Positions 39,175 through 52,429 of a stretch of DNA of 64,000 bases are shown one piece after another; the first letter of the stretch is position 1, and each line of letters opens with the position of its first letter. Source of the stretch: Octopus sinensis (Eukaryota); assembly GCF_006345805.1 (NCBI RefSeq), contig NC_043017.1:22010001-22074000 (forward strand), in the 5' to 3' direction. The translations under genes and the position numbers were made by a program. The notes below the pieces were generated by a model. The model did not search any database. It saw only the letters and a list, made by a program, of their open reading frames with translations, and was not told where the DNA came from.

Positions 39175-39222
<48 letters not shown>

Positions 39223-39265
39223 ATTTTCTTTCCACCTCTATGTCTCTCTCTCCCTCATAAATATG

Positions 39266-39312
<47 letters not shown>

Positions 39313-39344
39313 ATACACAAACATATATATATATACACATTTAT

Positions 39345-39429
<85 letters not shown>

Positions 39430-40187
39430 TATACACATATAAATATATATAAATATATATACACATATAAATACAGACATACACACACGCACACATATAA
39501 ATATACACACACATAAAGTTTGATTATTTTCTCTTTCTCCCTCTCTCTCTCTTTCACTCTCTCTGTCTCTCTCTCACTTTTAATGTGCTGTAATGTGTGA
39601 TATGATATTTACACATAACACTTCAGGCTTAGTGATACTATTGTGCTCACAGACTTTACAAGAATTTAGTTGTCAGTCATGTGTATTACGACTCAATAAT
39701 TCCATCCTCATAACTGACGGCATTTATAGATGCGAGTATTTGAAGCTGCACCTTTGATCGTGTATGATAATATACTAGCAGTGCTGCTTGAAATTATTTA
39801 TAACAGTCAACATGTGAGCTGGTTAAATGATCAGCATATTCAACTGTTGGTTGTGTTTAGCGAGAGGGCAATTGCTTAAAATTTCTGTTTTGTGTTACTC
39901 TTTTACTCTTTTACTTGTTTCAGACATTTGACTGTGACCTTAATGTAGTTCTCAGGGGGATTCAGTATGACACAGAATGCGACAAAGCTGGCCCCTTTCA
40001 AATACGTATACAACTCATTTTTGTCAACTGGAGAGGACTGGAGCAATGTAAAATGAAGTGTCTTGCTCAAGAACACAATGCAGCACTGGGAATTGAACCA
40101 TGACCTTACGATTGTCAGCTGAATACCCAGACCACTCAACCACATGCTTTCCTCGGACTGAAAGATAAAAATCAAAATACCTTATAT

Positions 40188-40597
40188 ACTCTTTACTCTT
40201 TTACTTGTTTCAGTCATTTGACTGCGGCCATGCTGGAGCACCACCTTTAGTCGAGCAAATCGACCCCAGGACTTATTCTTTGAAAACCCAGTGCTTATTC
40301 TATCGGTCTCTTTTGCCAAACTGCTAAGTGACAGGGACGTAAACACACCAGCATCGGTTGTCAAGTAATGCTAGGGGGACAAACACAGACACACAAACAT
40401 ACACACACACACATATATATATATACATATATACGACAGGCTTCTTTCAGTTTCCGTCTACCAAATCCGTTCACAAGGCATTGGTCGGCCCGGGGCTATA
40501 GCAGAAGACACTTGCCCAAGATGCCATGCAGTGGGACTGAACCCGGAACCATGTGGTTGGTAAGCAAGCTACTTACCACACAGCCACTCCTGCACCT
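40188..40597 (-). mobile_element. SINE family A, full length
   Basis: Same consensus as the other A copies. Confidence 0.92.
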
Positions 40598-40861
40598 TAT
40601 ATGTATATATGAAGAATTAAATTTTATATCTTAAAATTGTTACCGTTCCAATTTTAAGATATAAAATTTAATTCTTCATAAATTTCGTTCACTGTTATCA
40701 AGAATTATATAATACCTTATATGTATATATCTGTGTGTCTGTGTCTGTGATTGTCCAAGCAGCACCACTTGACAACTGGTACTGGTTTGTTTATGTCCAT
40801 GTGAGTTAGCAGTTCAACAATAGAGATCAACAGAATAAAAAAGTAAGTACTTGGGTCAATT

Positions 40862-41042
40862 TCATCATCATCATCATCATCCACGTTTAGCATCCACTTT
40901 CCATGCTAGCATGGGTTGGACAGTTCAACCTGGGTCTGGGAAGCCAGAAGGCTGCACCAGGCCCAGTCTGATCTGGCCATGTTTCTATGACTGGATGCCC
41001 TTCCTAACGCCAACCACTCCGTGAGTGTAGTGGGTGCTTTTT
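40862..41042 (-). mobile_element. RTE-type 3'UTR fragment (family D)
   Basis: (CAT)n followed by gtttagcatccactttccatgctagcatgggttggac... Confidence 0.8.
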
Positions 41043-41238
41043 ATTTGACTAAAATGATTCAAGGAAGTGCCCCAGCATGGCCACAGTCCAATAACTGAGA
41101 CAAGTCAAAAATAAAGGAAATCTAACTTGTTAGATATTACAAAGGGGTTTGAACAAAGTTTGGTAAATTACTTCTGGTTCTTTATTCGTTGCTTTGTGTT
41201 TCCTTCATAAATGGCCCGGAGGAAGCAGTGGTACTTAC

Positions 41239-41311
41239 GACCTTTAGATGTCCTCCAGAACTGGTGAGGCTGACACAGTCGACGTTCTTCATGAACAGTT
41301 TGCAGGTCAAA
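41239..41311 (-). CDS. Candidate 73-nt exon
   Basis: Acceptor ...tttcattccaatcaaacag, donor gtc|gtaagt. Two open frames: LTCKLFMKNVDCVSLTSSGGHLKV or FDLQTVHEERRLCQPHQFWRTSKG. No family recognised. Confidence 0.4.
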
Positions 41312-42414
41312 CTGTTTGATTGGAATGAAATAGCGATGTATAAAAAAAATATCAAAGCAAAATTTTAATTGAATGCTTATGCTTAGAAATCAGGTGAATT
41401 CACTGAAACATTTTCAAACAATGGAGAAAAGGCAGAAGAGAAAATTCTTGGTAACCAGCAAGACTTTCGCCAGACAACAAATTGCTCTTCTGCTTTTCCT
41501 CTCTCCAGCTTTCTGCAGGCCGATAGTGTTGATGCAAGTCTTACATGTATTCCATATTGCAAAGCATAAAAGGAAAGTAATTCAACTTGGAGCCACTGTT
41601 TACATTTCAGAAAGAATTGGTTTGCATTGTTGTAGCCACAGCAGTTAGCAATTGTACTGAAGAAAACCCAGCATATTGTTTGGATGGAATTAGCATTGTC
41701 ACATCAAAGGAAATTATTCAGTATTTTTTATCTCGACTAGAAAGCTGAATAATAGAGAAACTGAAATAAATAAATTTTCTTAATGTTTTTAAAATGGTTC
41801 TCAACATAAAATAAAATCTTATGAAAGCCATCTTAGTTGAGTTGTTTATTTCAACTCAAACCAGAGTCAGAGCAGTCACTATTCAGTTTAAAATGTATGG
41901 CTACCCTCAACCACAACACATACAGTTTCTATGTCTACACCAACCTCCAAATAAAACCAACATATACACTCCCTTATACACACACACACACACACTCACA
42001 CACCACACTCTCTCTCTCTCTCACAGACATATACACAAACAAATATACAGGCAATTTGACATAGGCATTACAAAGACTGATTACTTGGCAGTATTCCTTA
42101 TGGGTCTCGACACTCTGAGTTCAAATCCTCTCTAGATCAAGTTTGCCTTTCATTCCTTCTTGGGTGATAAATGAAGTGGCATGTCTAAGATATAGAGTTG
42201 GTTCTTCTTTCTTTTTCCCTTTGGAAGAAATCAGATACATTCAGGCCTGGAAGTTTAAAATATCCCAGGTACAACACAAGTTACAACAGTACCTCTATGA
42301 ATCCATCAGGATTTCAAGCCCAGCATGAAATTGCGTTTGACTGTTTGGCCAATAACTGGTGGGGAGTTGGTGACCTTCTGGGTCTGTACAGTTCTATATT
42401 TAAGAGATGCTCAC

Positions 42415-42594
42415 GGGCATATGGAGTAGTGGTTAAGAGCGCGGGCTACTAACTCCAAGATTCCAAGTTCGATTTCAGGCAGTGACCTGAATAATAAAAA
42501 TAAGAAGAAGAACATCGAAAAATTCCTTAGGAATGAGAACTCAATTTTGAAATTTCCCCCAAGACACCTGATGAAGGCTGGAGGGTATATCAGC
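42415..42594 (+). mobile_element. tRNA-headed element carrying the 5' half of a hammerhead motif
   Basis: A-box-like TGGAGTAGTGG (42422), B-box-like AGTTCGATTT (~42466), short A-rich linker, then CTGATGA-a-ggctg-gagggtatat-cagc, truncated at a (TA) tract. Confidence 0.55.
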
Positions 42595-44254
42595 AATATA
42601 TATGTGTGTGTGTGTGTGTATGCATGTGTGTGTGTGTGTATACATACATACTTACATAAACACACACATATGCAGATACACACATTGTATTGAATGCTCT
42701 ACAGGTACTACCTATTCACCATCTTAAACATATATCCCATATATATAACATAGAATATTCTAACAACACAGCACTATTGAATATACACTCAGCACTAAAA
42801 CTACTACAGAGCAACATCTAATGTTACCAAATATGTGTTCTGTACTAAGTACATTACAGGATATTCAATAGAATGCTATAAACATTATTGAATTTACAAC
42901 AGTTATGTGTTACACACACACTAAAATAATATATTTGATGTGATATATTCTCAATAGGGTGCATTTCATCTGATAAGCAAATTATAGTACATTGCATGTA
43001 ATCTGACATGTAGCAAGTATTGATCATATAATTTTGAGTTGTAGGGATTATGATAGAATGATGTCTTATATGTAATATATATTACTGAGTCTTTTCTATT
43101 GGAGCAGAGCCAAAAGAATCACAATTCATTCTTATAAAACTAATATTGCTATTTCAGAGCTTTGTGTGTGTGTGTATGTGTGTTTTATCTGTTTCAGTCA
43201 TTTTTCTGCACCCATAAGAATTTCAGAGGAAGGAATTGATACTAGCATTTACTTATTTTTTTACTAAGCCTATTCTATCAGTCTCTTTTGCCGAACCACA
43301 AAGTTATGGGAATGTAAACACACTGGCCCATTGACTGCTATTTCTAAAATTTTCGGTATGTGGTTTAAGCAACTTGTTGCAAAAAACCCTTTATTATAAT
43401 TATATTAATTTTTACCGAATATAGTCCTTTTTTCATACCGAAATACTACTAGGTGAAATTTATTGACTTTATTTAATTAATTATATTTCACCCTTTATCT
43501 GTATATATATATATATATATTTATATGACAAGCTTCCTTCAGTTTCCATCTGCCAAAACAATTCAAGGTTATCGTAGAAGATACTTGGCACTGTAGGACT
43601 GAACCCAGAACCATGTGGCTGGGAAGCAAACGTCTTACCATACAGCCATGCTTACACCTATGCCTACACACACACACACACACACACACATACTCTATGA
43701 TGCATATATGTATTGATATATATGTATGTGTATATATATATATATTATGACATACATATGTACACATACATACATACATACACACATACATACATACATA
43801 CATACATACATACATACATACATACATACATACATACATACATACATACATACATACATACATGCAATATGTGGATATATATATATATATATAATGAATG
43901 AATGTATATACGTATGTATGCATATTCAGACTAGCATTTCACGTAACTCCCATCCAAGAGATAAAATGTAATGAATGATATGAGAAAACAAACAGCTCCA
44001 TCTTGGAGTTCATTAAAATGAAATTCTGAGAAAATGATTGATTTTGAAGAGTTATCTCTGACCAAGGTGGCTTCAAGATTCGAATGAATCTCGTTCAGTG
44101 ACATTAGGCTAATGTATTCCAGTGTGGGCTGATTGAAAGGGAGAAGGATGGCAATTTATAACAGCATAGTATATTTACATATTGCTTATATGTGAAGGAG
44201 ATTGCTTACATATATATATATATATGAATCTATTTATATATGTATACACTTAGA

Positions 44255-44294
<40 letters not shown>

Positions 44295-44526
44295 AGTGTG
44301 TGTGTGTCTGTGAGTGTGTGTATTTATTCATTCTTTTCATAGGTAGTCCATTGGTTATGGCGACAATGGTCCCAGTTGATCCAATCAGCTGAACAGCCTG
44401 CTCATGAAATTAGCATGCATGTGGCTGAGTACTCCACAGATACACACACACACACCTTTAACACGATTTTCAAGAAGATTCAGCATAACATAGAATATGA
44501 CAAGGCATACCTTTTGAAATATATAT

Positions 44527-44717
44527 ATCATCATCATCATCATCGTCGTTTAACGTCCGTTCTCCATGCTAGCATGGGTTGGACGGTTCGACCGGGGTTC
44601 TGGGAAGCCAGAAGGCTGCACCAGGCTCCAGTCTAATCTGGCAATGCTTCTACAGCTGGATGCCCTTCCTAACGCCAACCACTCCGTGAGTGTAGTGGGT
44701 GCTTTTTACGTGCCACC
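44527..44717 (-). mobile_element. RTE-type 3'UTR fragment (family D)
   Basis: catcatcatcgtcgtttaacgtccgttctccatgctagcatggg...ttttacgtgccacc. Confidence 0.85.
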
Positions 44718-44754
44718 TATATATATAATATATATATATACACACATACATACT

Positions 44755-45080
44755 CATGGCTCAGTGGTTAGAGCGTTGAGCTTACGATCGTGAGGTTGTG
44801 AGTTTGATTTCTGGACTGGGCTGTGTGTTGTGTTCTTGAGCAAGACACTTCATTTCACATTGCCCCAGTTAACTCAGCTGTAGAACTGAGTTTCAACATC
44901 AGTTGTGACAAGCTGTATTGGCCTTCACCTTTCCCTTAGATAACATCAGTGGTGTGGAGAGTGGAGGCTGGTATGCATGGGCGACTGCTGGCCTTCCATA
45001 AACAACTTTGCCCAGACTTGTGCCTCAGAGGGTAACTTTCTAGATGCAATCCCATGGTCATTCATAACAGAAGGGGGTCT
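44755..45080 (+). mobile_element. tRNA-derived SINE family B
   Basis: tggctcagtggttagagcg (A-box) ... gagtttgatttc (decayed B-box), then gagcaagacacttcatttcac, shared with family G heads. Confidence 0.7.
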
Positions 45081-45424
45081 TCTCATGTAATAATCTGTTG
45101 GTGCTTTTTAAGAACACATTTCAATGTATACACAATAAGAAAATTGAATAAGTAATACCCTATTTGCATTCCAGTGTACTTGTAGATAATTTGTACACCA
45201 GACATATTATACTTTATTCAGAATGCTTTATTCTTTTACCAGTACAAAACCCCTGGATATACATCTGCAGATATTTTATATTCTGCTTTACCATATTTAT
45301 ATATCGCTTACACACCAATCAACTTTCAGCCAACATATGCACTGCAATGAAAAAAACCAAGCTGCCTCACAGTTCAATGCCAAATTTCTTCAAAATGGTT
45401 CTTTAACCAATTATTGTACAAAAC

Positions 45425-45455
<31 letters not shown>

Positions 45456-45885
45456 TGCCATGCTGGTTCACGATTCTTTTAGATTCCTCTGAGGACAAAA
45501 CTTCGACTTCAACCATGAAAAATTATTTTGCTGAACTGGTTGAAGATTTCATATTGAATGTAAACCAGCCTCACATTGGGATTGAATGCAAAAGTGAATT
45601 TGACTATTTCTCTCTGAAGAATTACAATAGAAGGAGAAAGTGAACCTATTTGAACAAGACATTCATCAAAATAGATGGTTCTTTTATTTTTTCTCACCAT
45701 TATTTTTTTTTCTATTTTATTCTATATATTTCGTTATTGTTCTTTGTTAGAAAGCAATCATAAAGCAGATATTCCATGGGTAACCCTTGTAGCCTGCAAC
45801 AACAGAGATTCAATGGAGAGACAGAAAACCATTTGTTTTTTATATCTATGCATTATGCATTTATATAAAAGCACCACCACCTACC

Positions 45886-45921
<36 letters not shown>

Positions 45922-46105
45922 CACCTATAGGCACCAGCAACTTGTGCATATATCTATACATAAATACGTGCGTAAACTCTCTCACATGCACACTCTCCTA
46001 ATGTCTCTCTGTTTCTCTCTCTCTCTCTGTATATATATATATACACACACACACACATATATGCTGACATATAAATATATATATATATTTGTCTATCTAC
46101 CTATC

Positions 46106-46180
<75 letters not shown>

Positions 46181-46449
46181 GTCTGTCTGTCTGTCTGTCT
46201 ATCTATCTCTCTATCTATCTGTCTGTCTGTTTATCTATGTAGCTAGCTACTACCTACCTACCTACCAACCTACATATATATATATATATATATATATATA
46301 GATATAGATATATATATTTATATATATATTAATATATATTTACACACACGCACACACACACACATATATATAAATATATATGTACAAGAAGAAAGCAAAA
46401 ATAAATAGACATTCAAAAATATAGACTTTCATGCATATTAAAAAAATAA

Positions 46450-46498
<49 letters not shown>

Positions 46499-46624
46499 GA
46501 GAGAGAGAGAGAGAAAGAGAAACATATTTGAATAAATGCATTTATTACATATACAGCTACATAAATGTATACATGTAAATGTATGTATATTACCAAAATA
46601 CAGAATTAGACATAAATTACAACA

Positions 46625-46639
46625 ACCAGAACAATAACA

Positions 46640-46712
<73 letters not shown>

Positions 46713-46987
46713 CAGCACACCAATCTATTGTGCATTGCTAAGGTATCCAAGTGTAAGATTCCTTTATAAGATATTTTTTTTTGTTGTCTCTGTTTTACTT
46801 TCCTTTTTCCCTACTTCCCTGCAGCACTTACTACCACCACTACCACTACCGCTACTACAGTGTTTCACTGTTGTTCAGGGAGGGTGAATCTAATACTAGC
46901 TAATGGTTTAATATTCAATATCTATCATATAGGTAGTTGGCAGTAAGTTATTCCAGCAAATGAAATGAATGACTGACGACGACGATG

Positions 46988-47021
<34 letters not shown>

Positions 47022-47288
47022 TAATGATGATAATGATAATAATAATAATGATGATAATAGTAATACTACTAATAATAATAACAACAATAATGATAATGAT
47101 GATGATAATAATAATAATAATAATAATAATGATAATAATAATGATGATAATGATAATAATGAAGATGATACTACTACTACTACTACTACTACTAATAATA
47201 ATAATAATAATAATAATAATATTAATAATAATAATAATGATACTAATAATAATAATAATGATAATAATGATAATAATAATGAAGATGA

Positions 47289-47323
<35 letters not shown>

Positions 47324-47374
47324 ATAATAATAATAATAATGATAATAATAATAATAATAATAATGATGATGATG

Positions 47375-47405
<31 letters not shown>

Positions 47406-47475
47406 TAATAATGATGATGATAATAATACTAATAATAATAATAGCAACGATAATGATAATGATGATAATAAATAA
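46625..47475. repeat. (AAT)n and compound (AAT/GAT/TAC)n arrays
   Basis: Directly visible; source of the poly-N, poly-I and poly-L ORFs. Confidence 0.95.
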
Positions 47476-48025
47476 TATTGTCAGTAATGTAATCTATATT
47501 CTATCTATATTTATTTCTCTTACTCTCTCCCTCTTTTCTTACCCCTCCACTCTCTCTCTCTCGTTGCACTGCAAAATAGGAAATAATTCCAGCCCCTGCC
47601 TCACCCACCTCTGCCTTCCATCCAATATTCGGGATCTACGATCCAGTTGCAATTCCTAACTGTAGTCGGCAGTTTGTCTTGTATTCTTGTTTCTGTTTCT
47701 CATTTTCTGTATTCTATTCTGTTTTAACTAAAGCCAGGGACAGAGACACACCAGGGACAGGGAGATGCCAGGGAACTTCAAATGAATGGTTTCCCCATTG
47801 ATCATAAATTGTCACAGAACTGACTACACGCACACGCACATATATATATATATATATCCTACTTTTACTGTGTCGGTTACGACAATGAGTGTTCCAGCTG
47901 ATCCAATCAACAGAAAAGCCTGTTTCCGTGGTCTGTAGTGTTACAGGGGGATTACATATCATTAAGTGTACTCTTACAATCCACTAAAGTATAGTAAATA
48001 GTAAATAATATATAGTATATATATA

Positions 48026-48333
48026 TATCACCGGGATCACCGTGACCTACCAGGCTATCAGATGTTGCTGCACACCGCTGGTCACAATGTGCTTCTCATT
48101 GTTTTAGCCTTCAAATGATGCCACCCCACTGGCTAAGCAAGCAGACCAACAGGAAAAAGTGTGAGAGAAAGTTGTGGCGAAAGAGTACAGCAGGGATTGC
48201 CACCACCCTCTGCCAGAGCCTTGTGGAGCTTTAGGTGTTTTCGCTCAATAAACACTCACAACGCCTGGTCTGGGAATCGAAACTGATCCTACAACCGCGA
48301 ATCCGCTGCCCTAACCACTGGGCCATTGCACCT

Positions 48334-48338
<5 letters not shown>
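48026..48338 (-). mobile_element. tRNA-derived SINE family F
   Basis: Minus head ggaggtgcaatggcccagtggttagggcagc...tttcgattccc; related tail pieces at ~49645-49760 and ~52345-52410. Confidence 0.8.
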
Positions 48339-48378
<40 letters not shown>

Positions 48379-48496
48379 TGCATATATGGGTACAGGATGT
48401 CACCAACCATTCAAACATCATGTAGTACATAAACAACGAGAAAAAAATGGAGAAGAGGACAAGGGTCGTTGAGCCAGAACAAGAAACGTTAACACA

Positions 48497-48700
48497 CCGG
48501 GTGAAATGCTTAGCAGTATTTCGTCTGCCGTTACGTTCTGAGTTCAAATTCCATCGAGGTCGACTTTGCCTTTCATCCTTTCAGGGTCGATAAATTAAGT
48601 ACCAGTTACGCACTGGGGTCGATGTAATCGACTTAGTCCCTTGGTCTGTCCTTGTTTGTCCCCTCTATGTTTAACCCCTTGTGGGCAATAAAGAAATAAG
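48497..48700 (+). mobile_element. SINE family C
   Basis: Matches the reverse complement of 60683-60911. Confidence 0.88.
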
Positions 48701-49114
48701 AAATTAGAACAAGAGGAAAATAGTGAATGCTGTAAGAAACATTTTTTTATGGAAAGAGAAAAGATAGAAAAGAGAGTAATAAATGTCTGTTCTTTTGAAT
48801 GCAGGAAAAGAAAGATGGTCACATGAGGAAAAAATACAAACTTTGGAGCAACATGAAATAAAGTATCTTGCTCAAGAGACACAACACACTGCCAGAAATC
48901 AAACTCACACCCTCGTGATTGTGAGCCAAGTACCCCAACCACTTAGCCATGCACCTTCTCGTGCACCAGTTCAGGTTACACAATTAAAAGGGAAATATTG
49001 GAACAGGCTCTGCAGAAACTCACTTCACTTAAAACAAATTTATTGCATAAGCTGTTCAGTTAGAACACTTCCTTTGTTTTTCTCTTTTGTCTCAGAGCCC
49101 TCTCACATAGTTCT

Positions 49115-49205
49115 GAAGGAGAGAGAGAACGAGAGAGTGAAGGAGAGAGAGAACGAGAGAGTGAAGGAGAGAGAGAACGAGAGAGTGAAGGAGAGAGAGA
49201 GAGCG
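49115..49205. repeat. 24-bp purine-rich minisatellite (gaaggagagagagaacgagagagt) x ~3.5
   Basis: Units start at 49115, 49139, 49163 and 49187. Confidence 0.9.
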
Positions 49206-49908
49206 AGGGAGAGAGAGGGGAAAAAAAGTAAGAGAGAGATGAATTAGTCAGTTTAAACTGATCCACTTTGTTATAGTCAGATATTTTTGATTAACCTGTC
49301 AGTTGCCATATCATTCATAGGGATGTTACACGGGTAGGATCCATCCTTTTAATAGCAGTTATTATTTAATATGACTGACAATTCCTTTAGTTTTAGTTAC
49401 TTATGTATAAAACTATCATCTCATAAAGATATCTTCAATAGAAAACAGATGAGACAGGAGATATTCGGTGGTATTTTCTTTTATTTTTATTACATTTAAG
49501 AAGAGAAAATGTTCTCCGTGTCAATGAAACCGATATAGTTATGCATTCCTAATGTGTCACAATTTTGTCAGTACCACTGTAATGTTTATTTAGAATACAT
49601 GGGTATGTGTGTGTGTGTGTGTGTATACACACAGACATATCAAGTTATCATGTGACCGACTTGGCTGTCAGATGTTGTTATACACCGCTGGTCACAATGC
49701 GTTTTTGCATTGTTTTAGCCTTCAAATGATGCCAGCCCACTGGCTAGGTGAGCAGACCAACATTCCTCACTGACTGAAGGAGGACTGGAGCAATGTGAAA
49801 TGGAGTGTCTTGCTCAAGAACACAATGTGCCACCCAGTCAAGGTATCGAACCCACGATCTAGCGATCGTAACTGTAGCAAAGTAACCACTAGGCCACACA
49901 CCTTCAAA

Positions 49909-49956
<48 letters not shown>

Positions 49957-49959
<3 letters not shown>

Positions 49960-50219
49960 ATTTACAAAATAAAGGTAAAAGAAAAATTCTAATGCCAAAT
50001 ATGCCGAAAAAAAGACAAAATTGTCAATAACGCATCTCGACGCATAAATTATAATAGTTATTGACAATTTTGTCATTTTTTCAGCATATTTGGCATTAGA
50101 ATTTTTCTTTTGCCCTTATTTTGTAAATTATTTATAAATTTAACCTTTAAAGGTATTTTTTGATATGCTGGCCATTGATAAAATTTTTTTCCCGAAAAAA
50201 AATCTTATCCTACGTTAAT

Positions 50220-50220
<1 letters not shown>
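49957..50220 (+). mobile_element. Hairpin-headed (TA)n-docked element, same family as 33701-34510
   Basis: Arms ~49957-50031 and ~50057-50131; 3' part nearly identical to 34330-34510. Confidence 0.75.
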
Positions 50221-50258
<38 letters not shown>

Positions 50259-50908
50259 ATTGGGGTCGATTTATTCTCCTAAAAATTCTTTAAAGGCAGT
50301 GCCCCAACATGACTACAGTCTGATGTCTAAAACAAGTAAATGATAAATGATGAAAAACAAAAGATATGTTCAACAAGTTATTCTATGGTAATATTGGCAA
50401 ATATTCTTTATCTCTCCCCAATGTCCATATGGCTAATTGGAACAGCAAATATCAAATACTCACTCTTGGATTACTGTTCAATGATATTTGCTTTACGTTA
50501 TTAGGTTTTCTAATTTTTTTTATGTTTCATTTGTTTTTCTTTTGGCAGAGAAGGGTTCTGGTGTAGTTGGTTAGTCAGGATTATCACTTAACCCTTTTCT
50601 GCCCAGATTTCTTTTAAAATGCTCTGTATTTGTCTTTTATGTTGTCCTTGTTTCAGGTACCAGAGTGTGGGCATGCTGGGGCACTGCCATGAAGAATTAT
50701 TAGTTCAATTAATTGACCACAGCACTTATTTTTCTTTAAAGCCTGGTACTTATTCTATCAATCGCTTTTGCTGAACCACTAAGTTACGGGGATGTAAACA
50801 CACCAACACCAGCTGTCAAGTGGTGATGGGGAACAATTACAGAAATACAGACACAAAGGCACACACAATATATTTATATAGGTACGTATATATATATATT
50901 ATATATAT

Positions 50909-50971
<63 letters not shown>

Positions 50972-51746
50972 ATATATGTATATATATGAAATTAAAGAAG
51001 GAAAATGCACACACTTTAAATAGTTTTAATATATTTTAAAAATATATTTTGTATTGTGTTTGTCAACTGGTTTCACTTTCACTAATTAAAGTTGACCTCA
51101 GTGGAATTTGAACTCAGAATGGGGAAATAACGGCTAAGCATTTCATCCAGCATGCTAACAGTTCTGCCAGCTCATCGCCTTAATGTCAAAATAATGAGAG
51201 AAAACATGAAAGTCTTTGCAGATATTATATGTAAAGAAATCATATTAAAGCCCACATAAATGATTATTAGCTTGGGTTTTCTGAGAGTCGATAATAATAC
51301 GTAAAACAATTAATCTATTAGAGTTTCTTTCACTTTCAGGCTTGATAATTACTTGGTAAATAAAAAAAAAAGGCAATTTCCTTTTAGTAATGGATTTAGC
51401 GAAGGTAAATATTGCCCTTTATCATCAAGATAATAAAAAGATAAGGAAAACAAATATGCAAAGTTAGGGGTGGGAAACTGAGAGATAGCCAACTGAGATT
51501 TAGCCACATAATTATGTCTAGGAGCCATTAACGAATCAGATAGTCAACATTTAAAGACAACTATCATTTGTTTTTTGTTTGTTTTTAATGTTGTTGTTGC
51601 TGTTGTTGTCAGTTTGTTTCTTTATTCCTAAATGAAAAATATGATGAAGGAAGACCAAATATTTCAAATCAATAGTCTCTTTGAATGTTAGCGTTTTTTA
51701 TGAAGTCATTTAATCTCATTTGGTTTGTTCTATTACATCAAATTAA

Positions 51747-51945
51747 CCCTTTTAAAACAGGGAGCAATGCATGAAGAAAACAAAAAAAAAATATTTAATC
51801 TTCTAGCTAGGAGTTTACCTCAATTTACATCTCTTCCCTTCCCTTCACCCCATGGTTCTATCGGCGGATTTTTACTCTTCTTGTCAGTGAGGTTTATGCC
51901 GAGAACATTTCTATAGCCATTAATAATCAGTGTTTGTGAAAAGGG
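51747..51945. mobile_element. Probable piggyBac-type MITE
   Basis: TTAA|CCCTTTT ... AAAAGGG|TTAA. Confidence 0.5.
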
Positions 51946-52429
51946 TTAATAGAGCTTTTGAATCAGCCCCCAATATCAACTTCATGCTCAATAAAACAGG
52001 TGTTCGACAAACGAAGAGAAAATACAGTCAATTCCCTTCATAGCTGCATGCTGTATTGATCATCATAAAATTCACCAAACCAAGATTACCCACAAATCCC
52101 CTAATTCATTAAATATTGATTTCTCATGTCAGCATAAGGTCACAAATTATTAGAGAAGATGCTCGGCCAATTGAATCAATTCTGCTATGACTGGTACTTA
52201 ATTTATCTGAGAGGGATCAAAGGCTAAGTTAATTCTGGAAGGATTTCAATTCGGAGTGTTAAGAGATGTAACTAAATACTACAAGGCCTGCTACCATTCT
52301 GCAACACCACCCTAATAATAATAATAATGACAATAATTATCTGTATCACCTCTTGTAACCAGACTATTAGATGTGGTTATACACCACTGATCACAATGTG
52401 CTTTCAACTCTTTCTTAATCGCACCCATT

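Noticed and set aside
42415-42490. tRNA-like heads (also 16154, 44755, 48338) as tRNA genes
   Set aside because: No complete acceptor stem or cloverleaf is evident, and they continue into repeat bodies.
45452-45643. Plus-strand ORF ...MKNYFAELVEDFILNVNQPHIG...
   Set aside because: Short, with no recognisable domain and no partner exons.
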